From an uncultured virus (IMG/VR IMGVR_UViG_3300035422_000155) (taxonomy: Duplodnaviria > Heunggongvirae > Uroviricota > Caudoviricetes), in IMG/VR virus record IMGVR_UViG_3300035422_000155: 64,000 bases of DNA; one strand, written 5' to 3'. Below the pieces are notes generated by a model. The model was given only the letters and a program-made list of their open reading frames with translations. It was not told the origin of the DNA and did no database searches. A program made the position numbers and the translations under genes. Below, piece after piece: positions 1 through 8,966 of the stretch. Positions within the stretch are counted from its first letter, which is position 1. The number at the start of each line of letters is the position of its first letter.

Positions 1-513
1 GCGGGGGTCCAGGAGGCGGGCAGGATTCTGGTGGTGGGCAACAAGGAGGCCCAGCGGAAGATGGTTTTGGAACTGGGGATGGAATCGGGGGACTACTGTG
101 ACAGCAGGACTCAGGATCCGGGTCAGTGGATCCGGGAGCGGACCGGCGGCCTGGGGGCGGATGTGTTCTTTGAGTGTGTGGGAAAGAATGAGACGGTGGC
201 CCAGGCGGTGGAAAACACTGCTCCAGGGGGGCGGATCTGTCTCATGGGAAATCCTGCCTCCTCCATGGCTTTGGAGATGGAAACCTATTGGAAAATTCTG
301 CGCCATCAGCTGCGGATCACGGGAACCTGGAACTCTTCGTTTACCCATGGGGCGGATGATGACTGGAACTACTGCATGGAACGTCTTGGGGCGAAGCGGG
401 TGGATCCCGGCAGGCTTATCACTCACAGATATTCTCTGGAGGAGCTGCATCGGGGGCTTCATATTATGCGGGATAAGACCCAGGATTATATTAAAATTAT
501 GACAATGTTTTGA
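1..513 (+). CDS. Zn-dependent (MDR) polyol/polyol-phosphate dehydrogenase, 5'-partial
   Basis: Frame open from base 1; GADVFFECVG, GGRICLMG, LITHRYSLEE..KIM C-terminal MDR motifs. Confidence 0.8.
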   Translation, partial: AGVQEAGRILVVGNKEAQRKMVLELGMESGDYCDSRTQDPGQWIRERTGGLGADVFFECVGKNETVAQAVENTAPGGRICLMGNPASSMALEMETYWKILRHQLRITGTWNSSFTHGADDDWNYCMERLGAKRVDPGRLITHRYSLEELHRGLHIMRDKTQDYIKIMTMF

Positions 514-626
514 ACTTGGCGTACATCTTTTTTCGGCACAGTTCTAAGGGCGGGAACGGGAAGATATCCGGCGGAGGAATGCCGTCGGACAGGAAATTCC
601 GCAGGCAGGAAAGGGATGGTTTCAAG

Positions 627-700
627 TTTTTTGGATCTGTTTTTTTGGATTTGGTTTTTCGGATCTGATATATCGGATCAGGTATATCGGATCCGGTTTT
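627..700. repeat. Imperfect 14-bp-period tandem repeat with GGATY core, 5 units
   Basis: GGATY at 633, 647, 661, 675, 689. Confidence 0.7.
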
Positions 701-745
701 AAGAATATGATTTAGGGCGCGTACAGTGCCCGGCAGGGGGCAGGA

Positions 746-2089
746 ATGAGAAATTTTCAGAAGAAGCAGTGCCTGGAGACCATAGAAGTGCTCAGTGAGG
801 CACATGGGGAGATTGTGAAACTGATTGAGAATAAACGGGTTCAGGGCGCGGCAGAGCTTATGGAGCAGTGTCAGCAGGGGGCCATAGGTATCGGCACTCT
901 GGTTGACAGTACGGAGGGGGAGGGGACGGAGACGGTCCGCTGCCTGGAGGAGTACTGCGAGGTTCTGTACCAGTTCTGTGAGAAGCTTCTGGAGGGAGCT
1001 TCCGTGAATACATGGCAGATGCAGAAAAAGCTCAGAAAACTTCTGGTGCGGGTGGAAAATTCCATCAACCATGAGATTCGGATTCAGAGGGAAGTGGTGT
1101 TTCTGCCTTATAAAGCTTCCATGTGGGATTCTCTGGAGTCTGTGTGGAAGGCGGCGGATGAAGATCCGGACTGCAGGGCACTGGTTATCCCTATTCCCTA
1201 TTATGACAAGAATCCTGACGGTTCTTTCGGGGAACTGCACTATGAGATTGCCCAGTACCCGGAGGAAGTGCCGGTGATGGGCTATGAATCCTATGATTTT
1301 GAGGCCAGACACCCGGATGTTATTTTCATTCACAACCCTTATGATGAGGGAAATTTTGTCACCAGTGTGCCTCCGTTTTTTTACTCTAAAAACCTGAAGC
1401 AGTTTACAGATAAGCTGGTCTATATTCCCTACTTTATCCTGGCCGAGATCGACCCCTCCGATAAGGAGGCAGTGGAAGGAATGGAGCATTTTGTCACCAC
1501 TGCAGGGGTGATGAATGCGGACCGGGTGGTGGTGCAGTCGGAGGCCATGCGGCAGATTTATGTGGATGTGCTCACCAGGCACACAGATGAGAGTCTTCGG
1601 CCTACATGGGAGAAAAAGATACTGGGACTGGGCTCCCCCAAGGTGGATCGGGTCTGCGGTCTGCGGAGAGAGGACTTTGAGCTGCCGGAGAGCTGGGACA
1701 GGCTGATTCAGAGGGAGGATGGCAGCCGCAGAAAAGTTATATTCTACAATACCAGCGTGACGGCCCTGCTGAAGGACAGTGAGGCCATGATGAAAAAGAT
1801 CAAGGAAAACCTGCAGATTTTTGAGGAGAACCGGGAAGATGTGGTGCTGCTGTGGAGGCCCCATCCGCTGACGGAGGCTACGCTTGCATCCATGCGTCCG
1901 GAGCTTATGGGGGAGTATGGGGAGATGGTGTGCAGGTACAGAGAGGCTGGCTGGGGCATCTATGATGACTCCCCCAGCATGGATCGGGCCATAGCGGTGA
2001 GCGACGGCTACTACGGCGACTGGAGTTCCATTGTGTGGCTGTATCAGAAAACAGGGAAACCTATTATGATACAAAATCCCAAACTCTGA
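746..2089 (+). CDS. CDP-glycerol glycerophosphotransferase (TagF-like) family protein
   Basis: FLPYKASMWDSLES, IHNPYD, LVYIPY, LGSPKVD, LWRPHP, YYGDWSS motifs. Confidence 0.7.
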   Translation: MRNFQKKQCLETIEVLSEAHGEIVKLIENKRVQGAAELMEQCQQGAIGIGTLVDSTEGEGTETVRCLEEYCEVLYQFCEKLLEGASVNTWQMQKKLRKLLVRVENSINHEIRIQREVVFLPYKASMWDSLESVWKAADEDPDCRALVIPIPYYDKNPDGSFGELHYEIAQYPEEVPVMGYESYDFEARHPDVIFIHNPYDEGNFVTSVPPFFYSKNLKQFTDKLVYIPYFILAEIDPSDKEAVEGMEHFVTTAGVMNADRVVVQSEAMRQIYVDVLTRHTDESLRPTWEKKILGLGSPKVDRVCGLRREDFELPESWDRLIQREDGSRRKVIFYNTSVTALLKDSEAMMKKIKENLQIFEENREDVVLLWRPHPLTEATLASMRPELMGEYGEMVCRYREAGWGIYDDSPSMDRAIAVSDGYYGDWSSIVWLYQKTGKPIMIQNPKL

Positions 2090-2176
2090 GGGAAATTTTT
2101 GTATTTCTTATCTGGCGGGCAGTTTGGGAAAAGACGGTTCAGGATAGCCTATTTGTCTTGGGCCAAGGGGGCGGTC

Positions 2177-2671
2177 ATGGGAGAGTACACGATTGTGCCG
2201 ATGAGAACAGATGAAGAAATCAGCGGTAAGGCGTTTGTGCATTTTCAGTCCTGGCATGAGACCTATGAGGGTCTGGTGGATGGGGAATATATGAAGACGG
2301 TGACACTTGAACGCTGTGAACAGATTGCCCGTGCATGGAGAGATAATCTGCTGGTGGCGAAGGATGGGAATAAGGTTATTGGCTTTGCGGGATATGGCAG
2401 ATATCGGGATGAAACCATGGCGGAATATGGTGAGATCTTTGCGCTCTATGTTCTGCGGGCATACCAGGGCAGGAAGGTGGGAATTGCACTTATGAATGAG
2501 GCGGTGGAAAGGCTTGCCGCCCACCCTGCAATCTGTCTCTGGGTGCTGAAGGGGAATGAGAAAGCGATAAGATTTTATGAAAAATATGGCTTTCGTTTTG
2601 ACGGCACAGAGCAGGAAATACTGCTTGGAACGCCCTGCATAGAGCAAAGGATGGTGTTACAGCGTTTTTGA
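2177..2671 (+). CDS. GNAT family N-acetyltransferase
   Basis: EIFALYV..YQGRKVG..LM and N..AIRFYEKYGF; ATG 2177 chosen as start. Confidence 0.85.
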   Translation: MGEYTIVPMRTDEEISGKAFVHFQSWHETYEGLVDGEYMKTVTLERCEQIARAWRDNLLVAKDGNKVIGFAGYGRYRDETMAEYGEIFALYVLRAYQGRKVGIALMNEAVERLAAHPAICLWVLKGNEKAIRFYEKYGFRFDGTEQEILLGTPCIEQRMVLQRF

Positions 2672-2967
2672 AGACTCTTTCTATAAAGTGTTTTTGTCAC
2701 GGAAAAATCGGTGGTTCAGGACTTCATGAATCGTTGCCAGCTCCAGCATTTTGGAACTGTGCTTTTAACAATTCCTTAGCCTCTGGCAGGGAGTCAGTCG
2801 CGGACAGCAGGGCCATATGCTCTGGGGCTGGCTATAGTTTAACATTTCAGGGCCTGGTTTGTCTAAACCAGGTTTTTTTGTCTGTGTGATTTTCAAATCT
2901 AAGCTTTGAATTCTAAATTTATAAATTTAAGTTCTGAATTCCCAATTTTCATATTTAAATTTGAAAT

Positions 2968-3630
2968 CTAAAATTTCAGTTCCCGAATATTCTGCAGGGT
3001 TTCGCCATAGGATTCTTTTTTTCCGAAGAGCAGTGTGGTGCCCAGCACAAACCCTTTCACTCCCTTGGGGGCATATTCCAGAATCTTGTCCGCACTGCAG
3101 GCGCCGTCCCAGCAGATCTCAAAGTCCATATCTTCTTTTAGGGCCAGCAGTTTGGTGATCTTTTTACCCACATAGGGCAGGTACATCTGTCCGGCATTTC
3201 CGGGGTTCACGGACATCACAAGCACTTTTCTCACAATGCGAAGAAGCTCCATTACCGTCTCCACAGAAGTGCCGGGATTGATTGCAATACCGGGAATCAT
3301 CCCTGCGTTGATGACTTTCTGCAGGGTGGTGGAAGGATGGTATTCCGCCTCCGGATGGATATATACCGTGTCGCCCTTACGAAGACACCCTAAAAAGATA
3401 CCGATATTATTGCAGGGGTGCTCTATCATCAAATGCACGTCCACAGGCTTTTTTGTGGCCATAGTGATGTACCGCAGATCGTTCAGGGACATGGCAAAGT
3501 TCGGCACATACCGCCCGTCCATGATATCTATATGGAAAGAGTCTATTCCTCCCTCCTCCAAGGCCTTTACTTCTTTTTCAAGATTGCCATAGTTGGCGCA
3601 CATCATTGACGCCATCAGCTCAAATTGCAT
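2968..3630 (-). CDS. rpe: Ribulose-phosphate 3-epimerase family (Rpe/AlsE-like)
   Basis: FHIDIMDG.YVPN, DVHLM, MSVNPG, DG motifs; RBS GAAGGAG before ATG 3630. Confidence 0.85.
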   Translation of the reverse strand: MQFELMASMMCANYGNLEKEVKALEEGGIDSFHIDIMDGRYVPNFAMSLNDLRYITMATKKPVDVHLMIEHPCNNIGIFLGCLRKGDTVYIHPEAEYHPSTTLQKVINAGMIPGIAINPGTSVETVMELLRIVRKVLVMSVNPGNAGQMYLPYVGKKITKLLALKEDMDFEICWDGACSADKILEYAPKGVKGFVLGTTLLFGKKESYGETLQNIRELKF

Positions 3631-3895
3631 ATAAATTCTCCTTCCGCAGTTTAGGAACCAGCCTTTTTTCGTTTTCTTCACTATGTATGAATGCTGTTAT
3701 ATGCTCATCAAAGCATAAATACATGGAAACTGCGGAGGGACGCCATGTATTGTGATTGCTGTGAAGAAGAGAGTAAAACAACACGAAATAAAATAAAGCA
3801 ACAGCCGATATACAGCACATCCCAGCTGGTGCTTCTTGATGTGGGTATTCGTAGAATAACTATTTCTACGAAACCTCTCTGGCGCAAAAGCCACT
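3631..3895 (-). promoter_or_regulatory. Long structured 5' leader of the epimerase gene with an anti-SD segment
   Basis: 3727-3740 complementary (13/14) to RBS region 3639-3652; further hairpins at 3718-3751, 3816-3843, 3848-3872. Confidence 0.55.
3848..3873. repeat. 26-bp dyad site, left copy (exact inverted repeat of 4273-4298)
   Basis: TTCGTAGAATAACTATTTCTACGAAA; 9-bp arms around a 7-bp spacer. Confidence 0.9.
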
Positions 3896-3901
3896 GTACT
3901 C

Positions 3902-3930
3902 ATTATATATACCGTCAAATAATTTGTCAA
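3902..3930 (-). promoter_or_regulatory. Consensus sigma70/SigA promoter pointing to the epimerase gene
   Basis: Minus strand TTGACA-17bp-TATAAT, perfect match. Confidence 0.85.
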
Positions 3931-4100
3931 TCACTTTTCAGGAATTAAGTTTTCAAGTAATTTCTGGCAGAATATTAAAGATATCGACAATAAATTATTC
4001 TAAAACTGTACAAACACTTTCTCTATCGACATAGGGATCCAGTTTCTTAACTTGTCAGAGAAAGTTTCTGATCAGAGAGGGCCTGAAAAAATTTTATTCG

Positions 4101-4232
4101 CCGTCAAAATTCTGGTCAAGGAAATGTCCTGGCTCTGTCTGGAAAAGGCGCAGAAAACAAGCTCTGCGGAGGGTGAGACGGGCGAAAAGGCGGTTCTTTC
4201 ATAAAGGTATTTACCGTCAAAATTCTGGTCAA
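4101..4232. repeat. 19-bp direct repeat CCGTCAAAATTCTGGTCAA (4101-4119, 4214-4232), related to 3912-3930
   Basis: Exact duplication; minus strand reads TTGACC-17-TAAAAT and TTGACC-17-TACCTT. Confidence 0.8.
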
Positions 4233-4272
4233 ACAAGCTTTGGGTGCAGAAAATATCAGGTTTGCGGCAGGA

Positions 4273-4298
4273 TTTCGTAGAAATAGTTATTCTACGAA
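4273..4298. repeat. 26-bp dyad site, right copy
   Basis: TTTCGTAGAAATAGTTATTCTACGAA, the reverse complement of 3848-3873. Confidence 0.9.
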
Positions 4299-4353
4299 AT
4301 TATACTGGAAGTCCTGGAGAGATTTATCGGGTGACAGAGGGTGGAAAAGATTT

Positions 4354-5679
4354 ATGGCCCAGGAGACAATATACAAGACAGTATATCAGTATAACAAGGA
4401 ACCGATTTCTGTCAGGGATATGGCAAGGCTGCAGGAGATTGCGGAAGATTGCAGAAAAGTTCGCAATTTTGTGTATGACCGGTATGGAGGTATAGGGGGG
4501 CTCCCCAAGATTTATCCAGGCTATACGGTGCAGAATGAAATGACCAAAAGCGGGCTGCGGGAGAGGCTGGGACTTCCATCGGTGTTCTTTTACCTCTCTA
4601 TCTTTGATGCTTTGGGTGATATTAAAAGCCAATGGACCCGTATCAAGAGCCGGATAGAGAAGAACATTCAGGTAAATGCAGAGCTGACTGCAGAAGACAG
4701 ACATTATTTGCGTTTTGTGATGAAACAGAGCCGCTGCTTTGAAGCGGTCCTGGCGGGAGGAGAACCGGATCTTCGAGGGGACTGGAGGGAGACTTATGGG
4801 GCCCTCAGAGCAGGTGTGGATGCATACAGGCTGGACCAGTATCTGCGCAGGCAGGTCAGGAGACACCTGGTAAAACCTCACACGGATACGGCGGATGGAT
4901 TTACCATTTCGCCCAAGGGATACAGATATGCCGATCATGGGATATACATTTCCATGAAAGAGAGTCGTCAGAGACTTTTCATTCTGCTCACGGATAACAA
5001 TCGCTACTCCAGGCAGATATACCTTCGGCTTTATCCGAAGGAAGGCAACATTACCTTGAATGTGCCGGTGGAGGTAAAGCAGAGGCACCCTAGAGGATAT
5101 GAAGGGGAAATCGGCCTGGCCCTGGGGCTTCGGTGCATGTTTGTCACTCATACGGGGCAGATGTATGGGGAGAAATATTTTGAATATCAGTCCGCGCTGA
5201 CGGAATATGTCAGGGAGCGGCTGTCCCGTCACCGCAGAAATGCGGAAAATAATCCGGGCATGAAAAAATATACTGCGGGAAAGAGGCGGCTGGAGACGGC
5301 GCTGCACGCTTATGTGAATGCGGAGATCAACCGGCTGCTGGAGACAGAAAAGCCCGGAGTGGTGTATATTCCAAAACTTCCTGGTATGGTGAAAGCAGGA
5401 GTGAACCGGAAAGTGAATGCGGGTCTGAACATGTGGCAGAGAGGCTATGTGAAAAAGAGGCTGGAACGCAAGTGCAGGGAACGGTCCGTGGAGCTTGCGG
5501 AGGTGTTTGGAAAGGGTATCAGCACCGAATGCTGCCGCTGCGGGGCGGAGGGCAGGAAGGAAGGGGATATATTCCGCTGCAATTCCTGCGGACAGGAGAT
5601 GCCGGAGAGACAGAATACAGCTGTAAATGTGCTGAACCGGGGAAAAAAGCTGAAGGCCGGGAATGCTGGTGAGACTTGA
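4354..5679 (+). CDS. TnpB/Cas12-like protein with inactivated RuvC (nuclease-dead, TldR-like), 441 aa
   Basis: C-terminal Zn ribbon STECCRCG..FRCNSCG then ERQNTAVNV; RuvC-I IGLALG (D>A), RuvC-II VVYIPKL (E>P), RuvC-III (D>Q); no tnpA adjacent. Confidence 0.8.
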   Translation: MAQETIYKTVYQYNKEPISVRDMARLQEIAEDCRKVRNFVYDRYGGIGGLPKIYPGYTVQNEMTKSGLRERLGLPSVFFYLSIFDALGDIKSQWTRIKSRIEKNIQVNAELTAEDRHYLRFVMKQSRCFEAVLAGGEPDLRGDWRETYGALRAGVDAYRLDQYLRRQVRRHLVKPHTDTADGFTISPKGYRYADHGIYISMKESRQRLFILLTDNNRYSRQIYLRLYPKEGNITLNVPVEVKQRHPRGYEGEIGLALGLRCMFVTHTGQMYGEKYFEYQSALTEYVRERLSRHRRNAENNPGMKKYTAGKRRLETALHAYVNAEINRLLETEKPGVVYIPKLPGMVKAGVNRKVNAGLNMWQRGYVKKRLERKCRERSVELAEVFGKGISTECCRCGAEGRKEGDIFRCNSCGQEMPERQNTAVNVLNRGKKLKAGNAGET

Positions 5680-5742
5680 GGCGTGGACGGCAAAGGATAG
5701 GCCGGAAAAAATTTGAATTAAGAGTTCAGAATAGATGTGATG

Positions 5743-6136
5743 ATGAAGCAGGTAAGGTTTGAATTGAGAAATAGATGACACAGGTTCATTATGAAGGATT
5801 CCGTGGATGAATGCGCCGTCAGGCTGTATTTGACCAGAACCGGAAACGGGAACAGGACTGCGGGAAAATTCTTTTGATAGCTTAAGGCAGGTACTGTCTG
5901 AGCAGATAAAAACAAGAACGGCATTGGAAGCCGTCCCTTTTGGGGACGGGTATTGGGTATGCCAGGACCCATGGGAACTCAGGCGCGGGATTCCGCAGAT
6001 GCAGCAGGTAATGGATGTGCATGGCACAGAAATGGCAGGCAGCATTCTGAGAAGTACCGGGAGCGAAGCGGGCAGGCGGGGAGTATGCAGGAGATTTTCA
6101 AACGCAGAAAGAAGAGTCTGTCAGCATCACCTGTAA
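5743..6136 (+). pseudogene. Degraded gene remnant, possibly GNAT-like
   Basis: Protein-like segments MKQVRFELRNR*HRFIMK.. and FDSLRQVLSEQ..GYWVCQD..RRGI broken by a stop and frameshift. Confidence 0.3.
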
Positions 6137-6341
6137 GGGTGACAAAATGTGCCTTATTATAATATATGGAATAGTCTTATGAATTGAATCATGATTGCTG
6201 ATATGTTAGACAAAATGGATAGTCAAGATCTGTTGATGATACCAGTAGTATGACAGCGGGTTTATACACAGGGAGGAATTTAGGGAGAATAGTTTCCTCC
6301 CCAGTTTGTGTACGTGCCATAGCGCGTGGATGGGGGCAGCT

Positions 6342-8903
6342 GTGAGGAAGGCGCAGAAAAAACAGGCGGAAGAGTTTACGGACTTATTGGAACAGGTCCA
6401 TGGGGAAATCAGAAGGCTGATAGAGACAGGCGGTGCTCTGGCAGCCATGGATCTGTTGGTACAATGTCAGGAAGGAGCTGTTCAGCTGGGAGAATTGATA
6501 GAGAAGACAGAAGGGGATGACTGTACAGTTATTCCCGTGTTGGAGAATTACTGTGAGCTGGCTTATCATATCCATGAAGAACTTTCTGCTGGAGTGGGAA
6601 TCACCCCCAATAAAATCCATAAAAGGCTGCACAGGCTGTTGATTCAGATCAAAAACAGGATACGAAATGACATCAAGGTGCGGTATGAGATGGTATTCCT
6701 TCCATACAAGGCATCCATGTGGGATTCCCTGGAGAGTGTGTGGCAGGCTGCGGATGCTGATCCGAACTGTGACGCCTATGTGGTTCCCATTCCTTATTAT
6801 GACAAAAATCCAGACGGTTCCCTGGGAGTGTACCATTATGAAGGAAACAATCTTCCCTCTTATGTGCCGGTAGTGCATTATGACACATATTCCTTTGAGA
6901 ACAGGAAACCGGATGCAATATATATCCATAATCCATATGATTATGCAAATCATGTCACAACAATTGAACCCAGATTTTATTCGGAAGAATTGAAGAAATA
7001 TACAGAATGCCTGGTCTACATCCCCTATTATGCCACCTCCGGCGGTATGGCCGAGGGGCAGATGCAGTGCCCGGCTTATTATCATGCGGATTATATCATC
7101 ATACAGGCAGAGAAATACCGCCAGTTTTTTGATCCGGCGCTGCCGGCGGAGAAACTGGTGCCGCTTGGTTCACCCAAGTTTGACAGGGTTATCCATATGT
7201 GTGAAAACCCACCCCAGCCGCCGGAGGAGTGGAAGGAGAAAATGGCGGGCAGGAAGGTGTATTTCTATAATACCAGTATCCAGGGGATGCTGGGGAACAC
7301 GGAGGCTTTCTTAAAAAAGATGGAGTATGTGTTCAATACCTTTCGGGGGAGGGAGGACGTCTGCCTGCTGTGGAGGCCCCATCCGCTGCTGGAGTCCACT
7401 TTTGAATCTTTGAGACCCATGTATAAGCCTGCGTATGATGCCCTGAAACATGGATTTATCAGTGAGAATCTGGGGATATATGATGAAACACCGGACATAG
7501 AAAGTACAATTGCGCTCTCGGATGTCTATATCGGAGATGGGGCCACAAGCGTCACATCGCTTTTTGGCGTTGCGGGGAAACCGATTTTTGTTTTGAATAA
7601 TAGTATTCACACATTGCCGGAGAAGGATGACTGGCGAGGGGAAGTGGTTAATCCTGCGTTTGATATGTGGGGAAATGACAGATTCCAAGTGACCAGGAAT
7701 AATCAATTGTGGTTCTCTGAGAATAATGATTATCACTATCATTTTTATATGGATCTGGAGACGGGTTATTCTTCAGGAGGATATTATATAAGAGCCATTG
7801 AGATAAAGGATAAAATTTATGTGCTTCCCGGTAATGCACAGAACCTGCTTATTGTAAAAGATAAGAAGATTAAAAAAATCAAGTTTAAGTATCAGATCAC
7901 ACAGCCAGGAGCCTTTTGTGGTTCTTGCTATAACGAAAAGTACATTTTTCTGATCCCATACAAATATCCGTTTTTGATTCGTTTTGATCTAGTAACGGAA
8001 GAAATCTATTATGTGGACGGAATAAAACAGTTTAATGTGAGAGATGTGGATGGAAAGTGGCAGGTGGGAGATGCGAACTATTATGAGAATGAGATAGTTT
8101 TTTCTTCTCCAGTAGATAATAATTTGCTGTTTCTTGACATGGATACATTAAAGACAAGGGTGCTCAATAGCAATTCAAAATGTAGTGTTGGAATTCAAGG
8201 TATTGTACCTGATGGGGATGATTTATGGCTCTTGCCTCTGAAGGGGATGACTATATCATGTTGGAATCCAAAAACTGGGGCAATAAGGGAATACGGAGAT
8301 TTACCCCAGAACTTTAAATCCATAAAATGGCCTTATGAACTGGAATGTGAGGAACGACCCTTTGGCGGAATAGCATTTTCCAGAGAAGGAAGCAGGGAAA
8401 ATATTGTCATTTCTCCCTTGTGGGGAAATATGTATTTGTCTCTTGACAGGGAGACAGGAAAAATGGAGAAATGGGATCTTCCAATATTGTGCGCAGATCG
8501 TAAAAAAAATGGATATTTTGGAACTGCAGGTATGGGCTATTTTGTTATTACAAGATTGCAGCGTGGGAAAGCCCGATGCCGGTTATGGTATGTGCCAGAG
8601 AGAAAATTTTACAATGTTAATATTGATACAAAAGAATTTGACGAAGTAGTTGTAAAATTTGACTATGAAGAACTAAAGGAATATGCCTCAGGTTTTATGG
8701 AGGAATCAGAGTGGCTGCAGTACAGTTTGAATGAAAGTGCATTTAACTCTCTGAAAAGCCTTCTGGATGAAAAAGTAATCGGAAATCAGTTTGACAGGGA
8801 AAGACAATTAAGGGCATTCTCTAAAATAAATGCGGATACAGCAGGAACATGCGGGAAACGAGTATATAGTTTTGTGGGGGAGAAAATCGGAAGGATTCTC
8901 TAG
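6342..8903 (+). CDS. TagF-like glycerophosphotransferase family protein with C-terminal beta-rich extension
   Basis: N-terminal ~430 aa paralogous to 746-2089 (FLPYKASMWDSLESVW, LWRPHP); GTG 6342 aligns with the paralog start. Confidence 0.7.
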   Translation: MRKAQKKQAEEFTDLLEQVHGEIRRLIETGGALAAMDLLVQCQEGAVQLGELIEKTEGDDCTVIPVLENYCELAYHIHEELSAGVGITPNKIHKRLHRLLIQIKNRIRNDIKVRYEMVFLPYKASMWDSLESVWQAADADPNCDAYVVPIPYYDKNPDGSLGVYHYEGNNLPSYVPVVHYDTYSFENRKPDAIYIHNPYDYANHVTTIEPRFYSEELKKYTECLVYIPYYATSGGMAEGQMQCPAYYHADYIIIQAEKYRQFFDPALPAEKLVPLGSPKFDRVIHMCENPPQPPEEWKEKMAGRKVYFYNTSIQGMLGNTEAFLKKMEYVFNTFRGREDVCLLWRPHPLLESTFESLRPMYKPAYDALKHGFISENLGIYDETPDIESTIALSDVYIGDGATSVTSLFGVAGKPIFVLNNSIHTLPEKDDWRGEVVNPAFDMWGNDRFQVTRNNQLWFSENNDYHYHFYMDLETGYSSGGYYIRAIEIKDKIYVLPGNAQNLLIVKDKKIKKIKFKYQITQPGAFCGSCYNEKYIFLIPYKYPFLIRFDLVTEEIYYVDGIKQFNVRDVDGKWQVGDANYYENEIVFSSPVDNNLLFLDMDTLKTRVLNSNSKCSVGIQGIVPDGDDLWLLPLKGMTISCWNPKTGAIREYGDLPQNFKSIKWPYELECEERPFGGIAFSREGSRENIVISPLWGNMYLSLDRETGKMEKWDLPILCADRKKNGYFGTAGMGYFVITRLQRGKARCRLWYVPERKFYNVNIDTKEFDEVVVKFDYEELKEYASGFMEESEWLQYSLNESAFNSLKSLLDEKVIGNQFDRERQLRAFSKINADTAGTCGKRVYSFVGEKIGRIL

Positions 8904-8966
8904 TTTTGGATAGGACGTACTCGATTTTTCTTTCTTTAGTTGGAAACATCGGAAAAGGGGAAATTT

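Noticed and set aside
2890..2985. AT-rich degenerate short repeats between convergent genes
   Set aside because: No consistent unit; low-complexity filler
3785..4050. Sigma28-like boxes (GCCGATAT at 3804; GTCGATA on the minus strand)
   Set aside because: No exact TAAA at the right spacing; too weak to call
4354..5679. Active IS200/IS605/IS607 element
   Set aside because: No tnpA or clear IS ends, and RuvC catalytic residues are absent
497..6045. Long antisense ORFs 497-2074 and 4324-6045 (also 47032-48354, 61970-62689 and similar)
   Set aside because: Shadow frames of well-supported opposite-strand genes with no motifs
5680..6140. omegaRNA/guide downstream of the TnpB-like gene
   Set aside because: No convincing scaffold by eye and the region reads as a decayed CDS; not excluded without covariance analysis
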